This document shows, piece after piece, positions 42,201-54,200 of a DNA stretch of 64,000 nt. The translations under genes and the position numbers were made by a program. The stretch comes from Candidatus Zapsychrus exili (lineage in GTDB: Bacteria > Omnitrophota > Gorgyraeia > Zapsychrales > Zapsychraceae), in the NCBI GenBank assembly GCA_030765585.1, contig JAVCCJ010000121.1, positions 7,233 to 71,232 on the forward strand, given 5' to 3'. The notes under the pieces were generated by a model, which saw only the letters and a list, made by a program, of their open reading frames with translations, was not told where the DNA came from and did no database searches. Numbering within the stretch: position 1 is the first letter of the stretch; every line of letters starts with the position of its first letter.

Positions 42201-45200
42201 GGACCTGTTTTAGGTATTGCTCAAATGCCTCTTTCAGCTTTAGGTAAAAAATCAGCGTTAGCACCAAAGAGTATTTCAAAATTTTCTGCCAATAAATCTA
42301 GCGGTTTGAGTATTTCAAAAATCTTAAGTAGTCCAACTGCGCATAGTATGCCAGTAACTGTAGCTCAATTAGCTACTGTTGAAGTCTTAGCTGAAAAAGT
42401 ATTAGAAAATACATATTTTAAAACAGCTGCAGAAAATAAAGCTGATACTCTTTATAACTCGCATTTAGAAGAAACAAAGATAATGACTGGCGCATATCCT
42501 ACAACAACAAAGGCGCAGTTTAGAGAAGAATATGCTAAGAATAAAATAAAAGAAGATGCGGGACAAATAGCTTTTGCTTCACTTTTATTTAAGCCAAGTT
42601 CGATGCCTGGAGCAGAACCAGAAACAGGTGGTAAAGGAAATAAAGGATCTACAGCAGAGGCAAAAATAGAAACACCTCCCAACAAACCTTCTGACAACGC
42701 ACTCTCTGCGGATGCACAAATTAAATTATCAACTAAGCAAACAAATATAGATCAAGCACCAGTTGCTAAGCCAGAGAAATCGATGCTTTCTCGCATGACT
42801 ACCGCTGTTGATTATATCGGTTCTAAGTTCAAAGGTCATAATAATAACATACTAAGACAAAAAATAGGAACGCAATCTTTAGAACAGAATGTTATTATCA
42901 CAAGTTCTTCTAAACAATATGTTAAGGCGGCAAAAGAAGCGAGACGCAGAGGCACAGAATCAAAAGATAAAGAATACAGAGATTTAGATGAAATAGATCA
43001 AGTATTTAATATGTCAATGGATAGCTTAAGGGAGAGCATTGAAGCAGACGGAAGAACAAAATTTAAAGTAAAACCGAAACAATTAGCTCTTGTGTATTCA
43101 GTTATAGAACATGCAATTAAGGGAGAGAAGCTGTTGGCAATAGAGCCTGTTAGTGGCGGTAAAACAGTTTTAACAGCAGCTATTGTTGATTCTTTAGCTA
43201 AAAAAGGCAAAACAGTTGTTGTTATTGTACCGTCAGGTAAACTTGTAGATCAATATATGAATAGTGCTCTTTTCGAGAATGGCAGATTTACAACTCCTCA
43301 GACTCGCAATAATGGCAAAGATGCTGTTCCTGAGGCTTTAAAAAAGGGAATGGTTTATTTTATGACTGATGCTCAAGCTAAAGATTTTGTTCTTCATAAG
43401 AATAAAACAGGAGAAAACTTTTTTAAAGATGCACAAGGATTTTATGATGAAGCTCATAATCTTTTTACTATGTCAGACAAAATTATAGGCGGCGGTTCAG
43501 AGCGAGCCGCAAAGATTGTCGCAGAGAATTCTTCTCAAGCAAAGAGACTGCAAAGACAATATGATACAGATACGGAACTTGCTAGAATAACTGTTGATTT
43601 GGTTAGAGAAGTTGGCGGAGAAGTTGAATATTTAGTTGAGAATAAGAATTCAGACAGAATGTCACATCAATTTAAAGAGCAGGCAACTTATAGAAACGGT
43701 AAGAATGTTTGGGCTGTTAAAGACGCTAATGGAAAATTAAGCATTGTTAAGAAAGGTACAGCAGGAGCAGAGATTTTAAGACCAAAAGATATTGTTTTAG
43801 AGAGATTTAATAAGTCTGTTAAAGAGAAGAAATTAATAAGATTTAAATCAGATCATTCAAAAGCTTTGCTCGAAGATTTTGCAGGTTTAGCTAAGTCAGC
43901 TTTTCAAGAAGCTAGAATAAGGACAAAAAATAAACAGGGAAATCTAGAATCTGCTCCTTTAGATGCTTATACAGGCGAAGCACGTTGGGGTGAAATTTTT
44001 AGCGATCCTACAGGAAGAAATACAAAGGCAAGGGCTCTTGTTGCATTAGAAAGAGTACTTGCTCTTGAACGAGAAGGAAATGTTAATCTAGAATCGTATA
44101 TTAAAAGCGCCATTAATAGTACAGAACATAAAGCTCGTGGTGCTGATTTCTTAGATATGTTTGATAATGTGACTTTATTGACTGGTACTGCTGGTGAGGT
44201 AAAAGGTATGGCCAAAATGAAGAATATTAATATGGTTCAGTTTAGACCAGAGTATACATTAAAAGACATAGGACCTGAGAATGTGACTTTTGAGACTTCA
44301 GGAAAGTCTAAGATCGATATGATAGTAGACATTATTAGAGATGAAATTAATTTAGCTAAGAAAGCAGGCGATAATTTTGTATTGATTACTACTAATTCAA
44401 GGGAAGCAGGCGTATTGGGCGCTAGAAAAGCGCGTCAAACACAAAACCTTAAAGATAAGGGTTACAAAGTAGAGTATGTTTCTGATGCAAAATTAGCTGA
44501 GAGAATAAAAGAGATTAATAATTCTAATGCTAAAGAAAAGATTGTTATTGTTACCCAGGTAATTGAAGGCATTTCGGTTGAAGCTAAGGGTTCTGGTGTT
44601 GTGATGGAGACAGCTGTGCTCTCTGCGGCAGATACTACGCAAGCCCTAGCTCGTATGAACACATTTGCAGAGGCAAAGGATTCTTCGAGAACAAAGGCTA
44701 AAGCTAAGGTTAAATTACATATAGATGATCACTTAATCTTAACGGCAGAAAAACAAAAAATACTTGAAGCCCAGGGAAAACTTGATCAAGCAAGAAAAAC
44801 TAATAGCTCTGATGCAATAAAGAATGCCGAAGCCAATCTAGATTTAATTTGGAGAGAGATGATGCACTCTCTAACAGAATTTAAAACAAATCAAGGCCTA
44901 GCCACTATAAGTACAACGGTTGTAGAAGGGGTTAAAAGTAAAGTAGCAAAAGAGTCGGTACAACAGCAATTGAGATCAACAACACATGGCATTTTATCTG
45001 ATATAAGACAGGAAGCTCATAAAGACATTGCATTAGATTATATGAACAAAACAGGCAAAACATCTGCACAAATATCTTTGTCTGATAATAAAGGATTTGA
45101 AATATTTTCATCAAGCAAAGAAGGTGACGAGATATCAGTTGATAATATAAATAATGTTGGGCTTGTAGCAACAGAAGAAATAGAATTAATCCACGGAGCA

Positions 45201-48200
45201 AAATTAAAAGCTGGGCAAACATTAGATTATGAAACTGGATTTGTCTATGAAGCGCCACAAAATGAATTTGATATAAAAGATTTTAGTCAAATAAAGAGCG
45301 AGTATCTTCCTGTTGGCGTTATTAGTATAACAAGAGAAGATGTAAATAATCCTAAAGCTAACTATAATCCTGTTGTTAATACAGTTGTAAATGGAAAAAA
45401 GGCAGCAGCAATTGAGCTTTCTGATTTGGGTAAAAATACCTTGTTAGATAGACAAATAGTATATGCAGAAAACAGTGATGGCAAGATTGATCAAGTAGCT
45501 TATAGGGTTAAGCCAATCATCTCCAATGTAACAGTAGGAGCAGCTTTAAGTGCAATTAATATTAATGATGATTCTTATGAAATAGATAATGATGGATTTG
45601 CTATTGTTCCTATAGAAACATTTAATAAAGCTTTTAGCAAAGAAAATGCTCTAGATAATAGCGTATTTGATGGCATAGGCTTTAAGTTTGCGCAAGATAT
45701 AACAATACATGAAGGTTTTAAAGAAAAACGTTCAGACGCGATTACTGGTAGAACTAGAAAATCAAAGAATAAAGTTGCGAAAGATGCATTAAAACTATCA
45801 ATTCAAAAAACAGTAGAAACTCCAGAAATAGCTATTGCATTGCCTGACGGTCAAGGTGGCACAAAAACACAAAGAATTAAAATGGATGATTTAAGAGAAC
45901 TGCAAACTCGTATGGCAAGTTCTAAATCACCTGACTCAGACGTTAATCTTTATTTTGCTGATTATGATTCAGAAGAGTCTAAGGCAAAAACTAATAAAGC
46001 ATTAAACAATTTAGTTAGATTTTCAAATCCAACAACACAAGATGACAAAGATTGGGTTGCAAGTCTAAATACAGAAGAAGTGGTTCATTATGATACAGCA
46101 GCTAAATCATTAAAAACACGCGGCATATCTCCAGTTGAATTTGCTATGCGTTTTCAACATCAAATGGGTGGAAAGAATTTTGGCGGACATACTGGTTCTG
46201 GCGGTCAAGATGCATTAGGCAATAAGAGGGATCAACAAAACGTATATGTTAATGAATCAGCTACACATATTTTTGATTACTATCAAGACATAGAACGAGA
46301 CAAAGGATTTGAAGCTGCTAGTGATACTGAAAAGATGATGGAAACAGTTCTTCATGAGCAAATAGGTTTTGCTAATAGAGATTTTTCTCATTATCAAAAC
46401 GTTGAGGTTCGTCGTGTATGGTTAAAGGCAACTGAAGCTGTGAAGCAAATGAAAGAAAACAATGTAGATACAGTAGAGCTTCAATTAGTTGATGGATCAG
46501 GTTATGAAATTTACGAAGCTATTAAAGAAAACGGTAAGACAATTGGTGCGCAACCTATAAAATTAGTTGCACAAAATTCGGACGTTAAATTACGTCATTT
46601 AAACACAACACTAGCAAAAGGCGAAACACTAGATTATAAGGCATCATCTAAAACAGCATCATTGGATACTGGAAGCATTAAATATAAAAGTGTCGATAAT
46701 CAAGAAGACAAAATAGTATCAAAATTAAAAGTAGGACAAGATATTGTAAATATTACAGATCCTAATTTAAATGGACATACAAAACTTGCTCAAAGAGCAG
46801 TAGCTGATGTTGAGGATGCTGCTAGTATTTTAAACAAGATTGATTTATCTTTAAATGGAACAAGAAAAGAATTTGCGTTAGACAGACATATAAAGACTAT
46901 TGAGCAGTTAAGAAATACAAACAATGTATTTATTTCTAAAAATGCTGGCGCTATGAGTACTGATGACGGAAGAATGATTGTTGGAAGACTTGATAACAAC
47001 AATAATAGACTTGTATTAAATTCAGAGGCTAATGGAGAAATGGCTGATATTTATTTAAGAGGACAGAAAATAGTTGAGAACGTTCCTTTAAGAGTAGCTG
47101 CCATTATTAGTGAAGTAGATAGAAAACATGATGCAGGATTTGAAGTATACAAAGCTAAAAATGATGCACCAGCACAATCTAAAGCATCTGACAACGCATT
47201 AACTGCTGATACATTCCACCCTGCAAACATCACAACAAGAAAACAAATTCAAGGTATGATGCGCGATGGTGTTGATCAAGCACTTATGACATTAAGAGCT
47301 GGTGGATATGATTCTAAAGCTAAAATAATGAATTTTACAAAAGCTAATTTACCTGATAGCTTCAACAAACGTGTTAAAGATTTTGCAATGCGCGCTCGCG
47401 TTCGTGCAACAACAGCAAGAGAAAGAGCTCAAAAGGATACATTTGGTTCTGTAATTCATGCTTCTTCAGGTCGTGTTAGTACATTAGAATGGGGACTTCA
47501 CGAAGCAGGATATAAAACAGACGAAGCAATGGTTGCAAAAATAGCTGATATCGTTGCAGGCGACCCACGTAGAGTAGAAGGTGATATTGCAGTTTATGAT
47601 TTTAGTGATGTTAAAGGCACTACAAGATTAGACAATTATGAACTCCATGTAGATACAACTCGTAATTTTGATGATAAATCAATGCTTTCAATATTTGCAG
47701 ACGCTCCACAAGGTCAAACAATTGCATGGTTAGGTGAAAATATTGCTGTTGTAAATACAGATATATCAGTTGGTGGCGAAAGCGAACTTGCACGCAGCTG
47801 GTCAAAGATAGAGAAAAAATTAGGAAATCAAAATTTTGATGAGCAATTAGCAATGGTAATGCAATTTGATATTATCGATCTTAATAAGTTAGTTGCTTTA
47901 GCTGTTGAAGATGCTAATACAGAAGAAGCCATACTTGCTCGCGCTAAAGGTTTAAGTGTTGATGCTCCAATTTATGTAGCTGTTATGCGTGACGAATGGG
48001 TATTCTTTGCAGTTGTAGATGGCAAGCTTGTAGGCGAGCCACAAAAAGCAGAAGATATTTCTAACGGACTTGTGTTAATGTCTAAGGAAAGCATTCCAGG
48101 ACATGTTGTAGCTAAGTTTAGCGAAAAATATGTTGTTGCTCAATCTGTTCTTAATCCAGAAACTAGCATACCTACAGCGCTTGGAAAAGGCCAGTGGGCA

Positions 48201-51200
48201 CCTATTGAAGGTCAATTAGCGTCTATGAGCGCTACTGCAATGCTGTCAGTTGTTCCAAGCGTTGCTAAGCATGAAAAGATTGTTGTTGTTCAATCTGATG
48301 CAGGACAAGCAGAGAAAACAGCCATAGAGTTTGCTCTTGCAATACCAGAGAAACAAATTTATGTAGTTAATCATACAAAGACAAATCAATGGTTCGTTAA
48401 AGTTACAGTAGCGGATGGTGAAGCTAATATATCCAATGTATTTATTACAGCTGATAAGCTAGAAAATGGCGTTGTGGTTGTTGATGCTGCAATGTTGTCA
48501 GAAGCTGCATTTGATATACTTCGCGCAAATGGCGCAATAATAAGCAAAGCTGCAATGCCAGATAGTTTTGGTGGCGAAGATAATGTTAGCGCAAAAGCAG
48601 TTAAAGCAGTATTCAATACAGACTACAGACAAAAGACCATAGACCAAAGACTAAAAACAAAAGAAGCAGCAGAAGAACCAGTAATTGTCGTTCCTGTTGC
48701 TCCTCGCAATGACGCAATTGATATGCCAGCAATGGTTCCTGCTGCAACAATACCTGTTACTGTTCCGATGCTTATGAGCAGTGGCGTAGGCGATAATAGT
48801 CCTAATGTAGAGCTTGCTGATGCTGCAATGACAAGTGGTCCTGGAAATAACAGCCCTAATTACAAAGATATAATAGCTAAGAGTGAAGAGCTGATAGCTG
48901 ATAGTGAAAAGACAATAGCGATTAGTCAAAAGATAAGAGCTGCAAGTGAAGAGATAAGAGCAAATAGCAGAGCGATAAGGAAAAAGATTGCTACGTCAGG
49001 TTCTGACGATGCAATGTTAGCGGCAGCAAAAACAGACGATATTATGCAATATCTGCCTTATGATCGCAAGATTGAAAATGATGTCTTAGTCAAAATGAAA
49101 CAAGATGTCGGTAGAATAGTAGATATCATAAATGAAACAAATAGAAAGATTGAACCTGAGTTTAGCGTAAGAGACGATCAAGTTAAAATGGCTGAAGCCT
49201 TGATAGAGGGTAAGGTTGTTGTTGCTGAAAATGCTGCTGGTAAAACACTTGCTAAATTTATTGCAGGACTTGCAAATATAGTGAATGGTCGTCAGGCAAC
49301 TATTTTAACTCGTGATGAAAACGATAGTGCTAAGTGGATATTAGAAGCTCCAGAAGAAGGGTTCGGAGCAAATTATAGCCAAATGTTAGCTGCTACAATG
49401 AAGGAATATGAACTTGAAAGTTCTGGTATCGTAGACTTAGATGGTTTAATGAAGAGATATGATGATGCGCTTAAGAAAAGAAGAACAATTGTAGCTAATA
49501 AAGAAATTAATGAAATAAAGGGACAGATATTAAGAGCATTACAATCTAAAGATATGTTAAAGATTGTTTCAATCAATGCTCGTGGTCATATGCCGAACAG
49601 ATTCCTTGATGATGATTTAATTTTACAAGGTATTAAATCAATCAAGGATGACGGCGATACTATTTTAGATGAGGCAGACGACCTTCTTCTACTTGAAACT
49701 ACATATATCCAATCACAATCACAATCTGTTAAGAAGAATAGTAATTTACGCAAGATTGTATCACAAGCCAAGAAAATATTTGATCAAGTTAAAATAGGCA
49801 CAGACGAAGAAGATGCTATAAAAGTTGCTGCATCAATTCAAGACTTCGAAAAGCTTAATAAAGCAAATAAGAAAGCTGTTTGGTATAGTCAAGGTTCAGG
49901 TTTAATTGGTGCACCAGACTTGCTTATTTCTGATGCTGTTTATGAAAGTTTTAAAGAAGGTACATTGCCTACTATGATTGAAGGCGTTATTAGAGGAAAG
50001 ATAGAAGAAATAGGCACAAGACTTGCAGCAGATCTTAATAAGGGCGAACTTGTTCCAGTAACTCGTACTGGTGAACTTCAAAGCGATATGATCTTTAGCC
50101 AAATACCATACAAGGTAGCTCAAACGCTTAAGATTAATGAAATACTAAAAGCTCGTGGAGATAGTCAACTTAAACTAAACAATATTACTGTTACAGGTGA
50201 TACTGTTCGTGAGAATCCTATATCAGAAATGCTTCAAGGAAAAGGTAGAGTTGTTGGTGCAACTGCTAATAAGGCGGGTGCTGAGTATATTATACAAGCT
50301 AAGACAGGTTCAACAGAAGGTATAGTTACTATTGGAGAAGAAAGTAATGTCTTTAAACAAGCAGCTCTTCCAACAAAGAATTATCGTCATGTTGATATTA
50401 CAGGACAAGCAGGCGGGCTAGTTGATCAGCTAGCTTCTATGGCAGAAAAATCACTTGCCGATAATAAAGGTACGTTGATATTTACATCAGATCATGTTCA
50501 GTTACGTAAGATAGCTGAAGACTTAAAGAAGAGATTTCCTAATACAGAAGTTGGCGTTATTGACGAAGATACAAAGCCAGAACAAATAGAAAAGTATAGA
50601 AATGAAATAGGAACTCATAAAGGCAACTCTACTCCACGTATTGTTGTATCTCTTCCACGTGTTGCTAAGCAGGTTAGTTTTAAGGGTAATTTAGATGTAA
50701 TAGTTTCTGATGGTGCAAGTTGGCCAAAGGCTGATCTTACTCATGCTGTTAACAGAAACAACAGAAGCGAGAAGCTTGAATTAAGATTAGGTCGCTCTTA
50801 TGTATTAGTAGACAAAGAAGCTTTAAATAAGAAATTTGAATTTGTTCGCAATCTTGTGCCAGAAATAAAGGGCTTAAGCAAAGCGGATGATGTAAATAAA
50901 TTAGTTGATGAAATAGAAAAAGCAGGCGCTGGCGATACTTTAGCATTGTCTAAAAAACATAGACTAGTTGCTGAATTCTTACAAGCACAACAACGTTCAA
51001 GCTCACACAAGCATACTATACTTACTTTATTTAGAAACAATCGTCAAACTGAGCCAATGCAAGATCTTTATGATTCAAGAGTTGGTTCAGATAAAAAGAT
51101 TGTACAAGAAATTCTGTTTAAGGAACGTGCAGGTCTTTATGGAAACACAATGCAAAAACTTCATGATAATCCATTTACCGGCGAAGAATGGGTAAGGGAA

Positions 51201-54200
51201 GCTTCTAGACAAAGCTGGGAAGCCGCAGTTAGAGAATGGAATGATTTACTTGAGCTGGCTAAAACAAAGGGTGGTTCAGCTGAACTTCTTGCGCGTGTTG
51301 AAGAACAAATTGATCTTATGAGGGATCGTCAAACTAATGAGCCTGGTGAATATTTAAATGTAGTTGCTAATGGCAAGGTGTTGAATCAATTTGCTGATGT
51401 TTTAAAAGATGCAAATAAAGAGCAGAACAAAGAAGTTCGTCTAAGAAAATTAGAAGCAGGTCATAAAGGTATATTAATGGCCGCTAAGTATCTTGGTGAA
51501 GGAATTATACCAACACGTGTTACAGCATTCTTCAAAGCAGATAATATTAAGTCAGTTGCATCAAAGACAGATAAAAGTAAAGATATGACTTATGTTGAAT
51601 TTGTTAAAGGACTTACATCCGAAGAAAAGAATAAGTTTAATTTATCTATGTATGGTTTTGTTGTTGAATTAAAAGGTGAATATACTCTTGCTCGTCGTGG
51701 ACATCAATTAATATCCATGTTGGATGCTTTTGAGAATTTAAGCCAACAAGATATGGATAAACTTGGAGCGACAGTTGGAAGCCATACTCCATTTACAATC
51801 GCAGTTCAATTGGTTCAAGCAGATATAGTAGATATAAAAGAAGCTAAACAGTTAGCATCAATGGTTAATTTCTGGTTAGAGAATGCTGGTCAAACAGAGC
51901 ATATAGTTTCTTTAAGTGAAGAACAACAATCTAATTTCTTAAGCAAACTTAAAAAATTGACATTGCTAATATCTGATAAAACTTACACATTGCTTGCTTC
52001 TATTGGAGAAGAAATTGGAATAATTGATAATGTTGATATGCTTACTCAGATAAAGTCAAGATCTGATGCAATTACGCAGGCATTAGAAGGGGTAAAAGAT
52101 TTAGAAGCGCAAAAAGCAAAAGCAGGATTATTAGGAATTAGATTTAATGGAAAATTAAAAACTGCTGTTAAGACATTAGTTGAGCTGGTTAATCCTACAA
52201 TAGCGAAGATGGCATCTCTTCAAAATGAAATTGCATCTGATAAATTAGATATAGGCCCAATTGAATTTGCCGCTATTCTTCTAAATAGTGACGAGTTAAG
52301 AAACATTGAAGATATTAGTCGTGCAGAGAAGACATTAATATATATAGGAGAGACAATAGGCTATAAGCAATTAGATAAAAAACAAATAAATTTTGTTGCT
52401 TCTTTATTAGAAGAGTCGCTAGTATTACCTGCAGTTCTTTTAGTTGAAAGTGAAAGTATATCTGATGCTCAAAGAGAGCAACATATTAGAGTAGCTGCTA
52501 ATAAGATTGATCAAAACGCAAAGGTTAAGAAGCAAGACCTTCAAATGCTATTCTATCAAATGTTATCTAATCCTCATAAATTTGGTTTAACAGCATCAGC
52601 TGCAAAGAAAAAAGTAAGAAAGTTCAATTGGAAGCTAGATAAAGCAGATACATTTAAGAAGATAAGAACTACTTTAGGAAATGAACTTGCATCTAGATTA
52701 AATCCAAAATTAGGCTTCTTGGATAAGTTTAGTGTTTCTGATAATGAAGAGTTTAAGCTTGTTTCAGGTCGCATAGATTGGACAGATGAGCAAGCCGAGC
52801 AAGAATATAATAAATTAGCTGATAAAGAAAAAGAAATACAAGAAAAGACAGAAGAGCTTGTTCAGAAATTAAAAGAAAAACAAGAAGAGACGAAAGGCAA
52901 TGTTCAAGAATCAGTCAAAGAGGTTAAGAAAGCAAGCTTCTTAAACAGATTTAAGCCAACAATTGTTTTTGAAGGCAACAATATGGCAGAAAAGGTGCTT
53001 AAGGCAGGAATTAAAATAGGTTCTGTTACTTTAGGTTGGATGTTAGTGCCTTCGGTGTTGATTGCATCTCTTGTGTTTGGCACATCAGGTCTTGGGATTA
53101 TTGGAATGGTATTGGTTAGTGCCACTATTCATGAAATAGGTCATATTGTTGCAGCTAGAATATTAGGAGGAAGCCAAACTTATCAAGGAATGGGCGTATA
53201 TGGTCCAATAGCACAGGCTACGCTTAATACGAGAGGACTTTCTAAAAATGCTATAAGAATTATTGCAGCTATTGGTCCTATAACAAATATATTGGTTGGT
53301 ACTGTGGCCTTAGCTTTTGGAGTTGATCCATTTACTGCATATCAAGGAATAGAATTCTGGGGCGTTCCTGTTAATTTAGTTACTATAAACCTTGTTTTCT
53401 TAGCTGCGGTAAATCTTCTACCAATACCTGCGTTTGATGGTCTTACAGTTATAACAGGTAAAAACACTAAGACATCTATGGCTTCAGGGTCTGGAAAAGC
53501 TTTCTATTCAAGTATTCCACTATATGAATTTGTGTTATATGTTGCTTCTGTTCTGTCATTGCGAGGAGTAAAGCGACGCGGCAATCTAGAAGAAGAGATT
53601 GCTTTGCAAAAACCGCTCGCAATGACCGATAATGAGAAACATACTCAACAGTCAGCTATATTTGAGTCACAAGACAAGATTGAGGCAATTAATTTGAACA
53701 TTGAGCTTGAAAAGGCTGTAATGCCTGAAATTCCAGCTATGCCAGATAGAAGTATGCCGTTTGATCCATTAGGTATACCAGTAGCTCCGATGATTCCTCT
53801 TGGAGCACCAGCTTTAATGCTGTTAGGGTCTGTTTCAGGCAGTGGTCCAGGTGGAAAAGCACCTGTTAGTATGGTAGAACAACAAAGAGAATTTGGTCAA
53901 AATGAAGCAGATATTAAAGTAGCACAAGCTCAGACAGGTAGCGAGGTAGGGTTCTTATTAGCGTTTGCTCTCGATCTTAAGAGTCGAATGAATTTTAGTA
54001 GTACCGGTCTGAGTCCAAATGCGATAAGCGCTGCCATCCTTTTCCGCAAAGGATCAGGCAGAGCAAATGTAGTAGCGCGGATAATAGTAAATGTAGTACA
54101 TGTTGTAGCAAATGCAGTAAACGTAGTAAGTAGCAATGGTTCTAAGCCGTTGATATCTAGTGACTTCGGTCATAAAGGTAAAAATAACGGAGAGCCTGGT

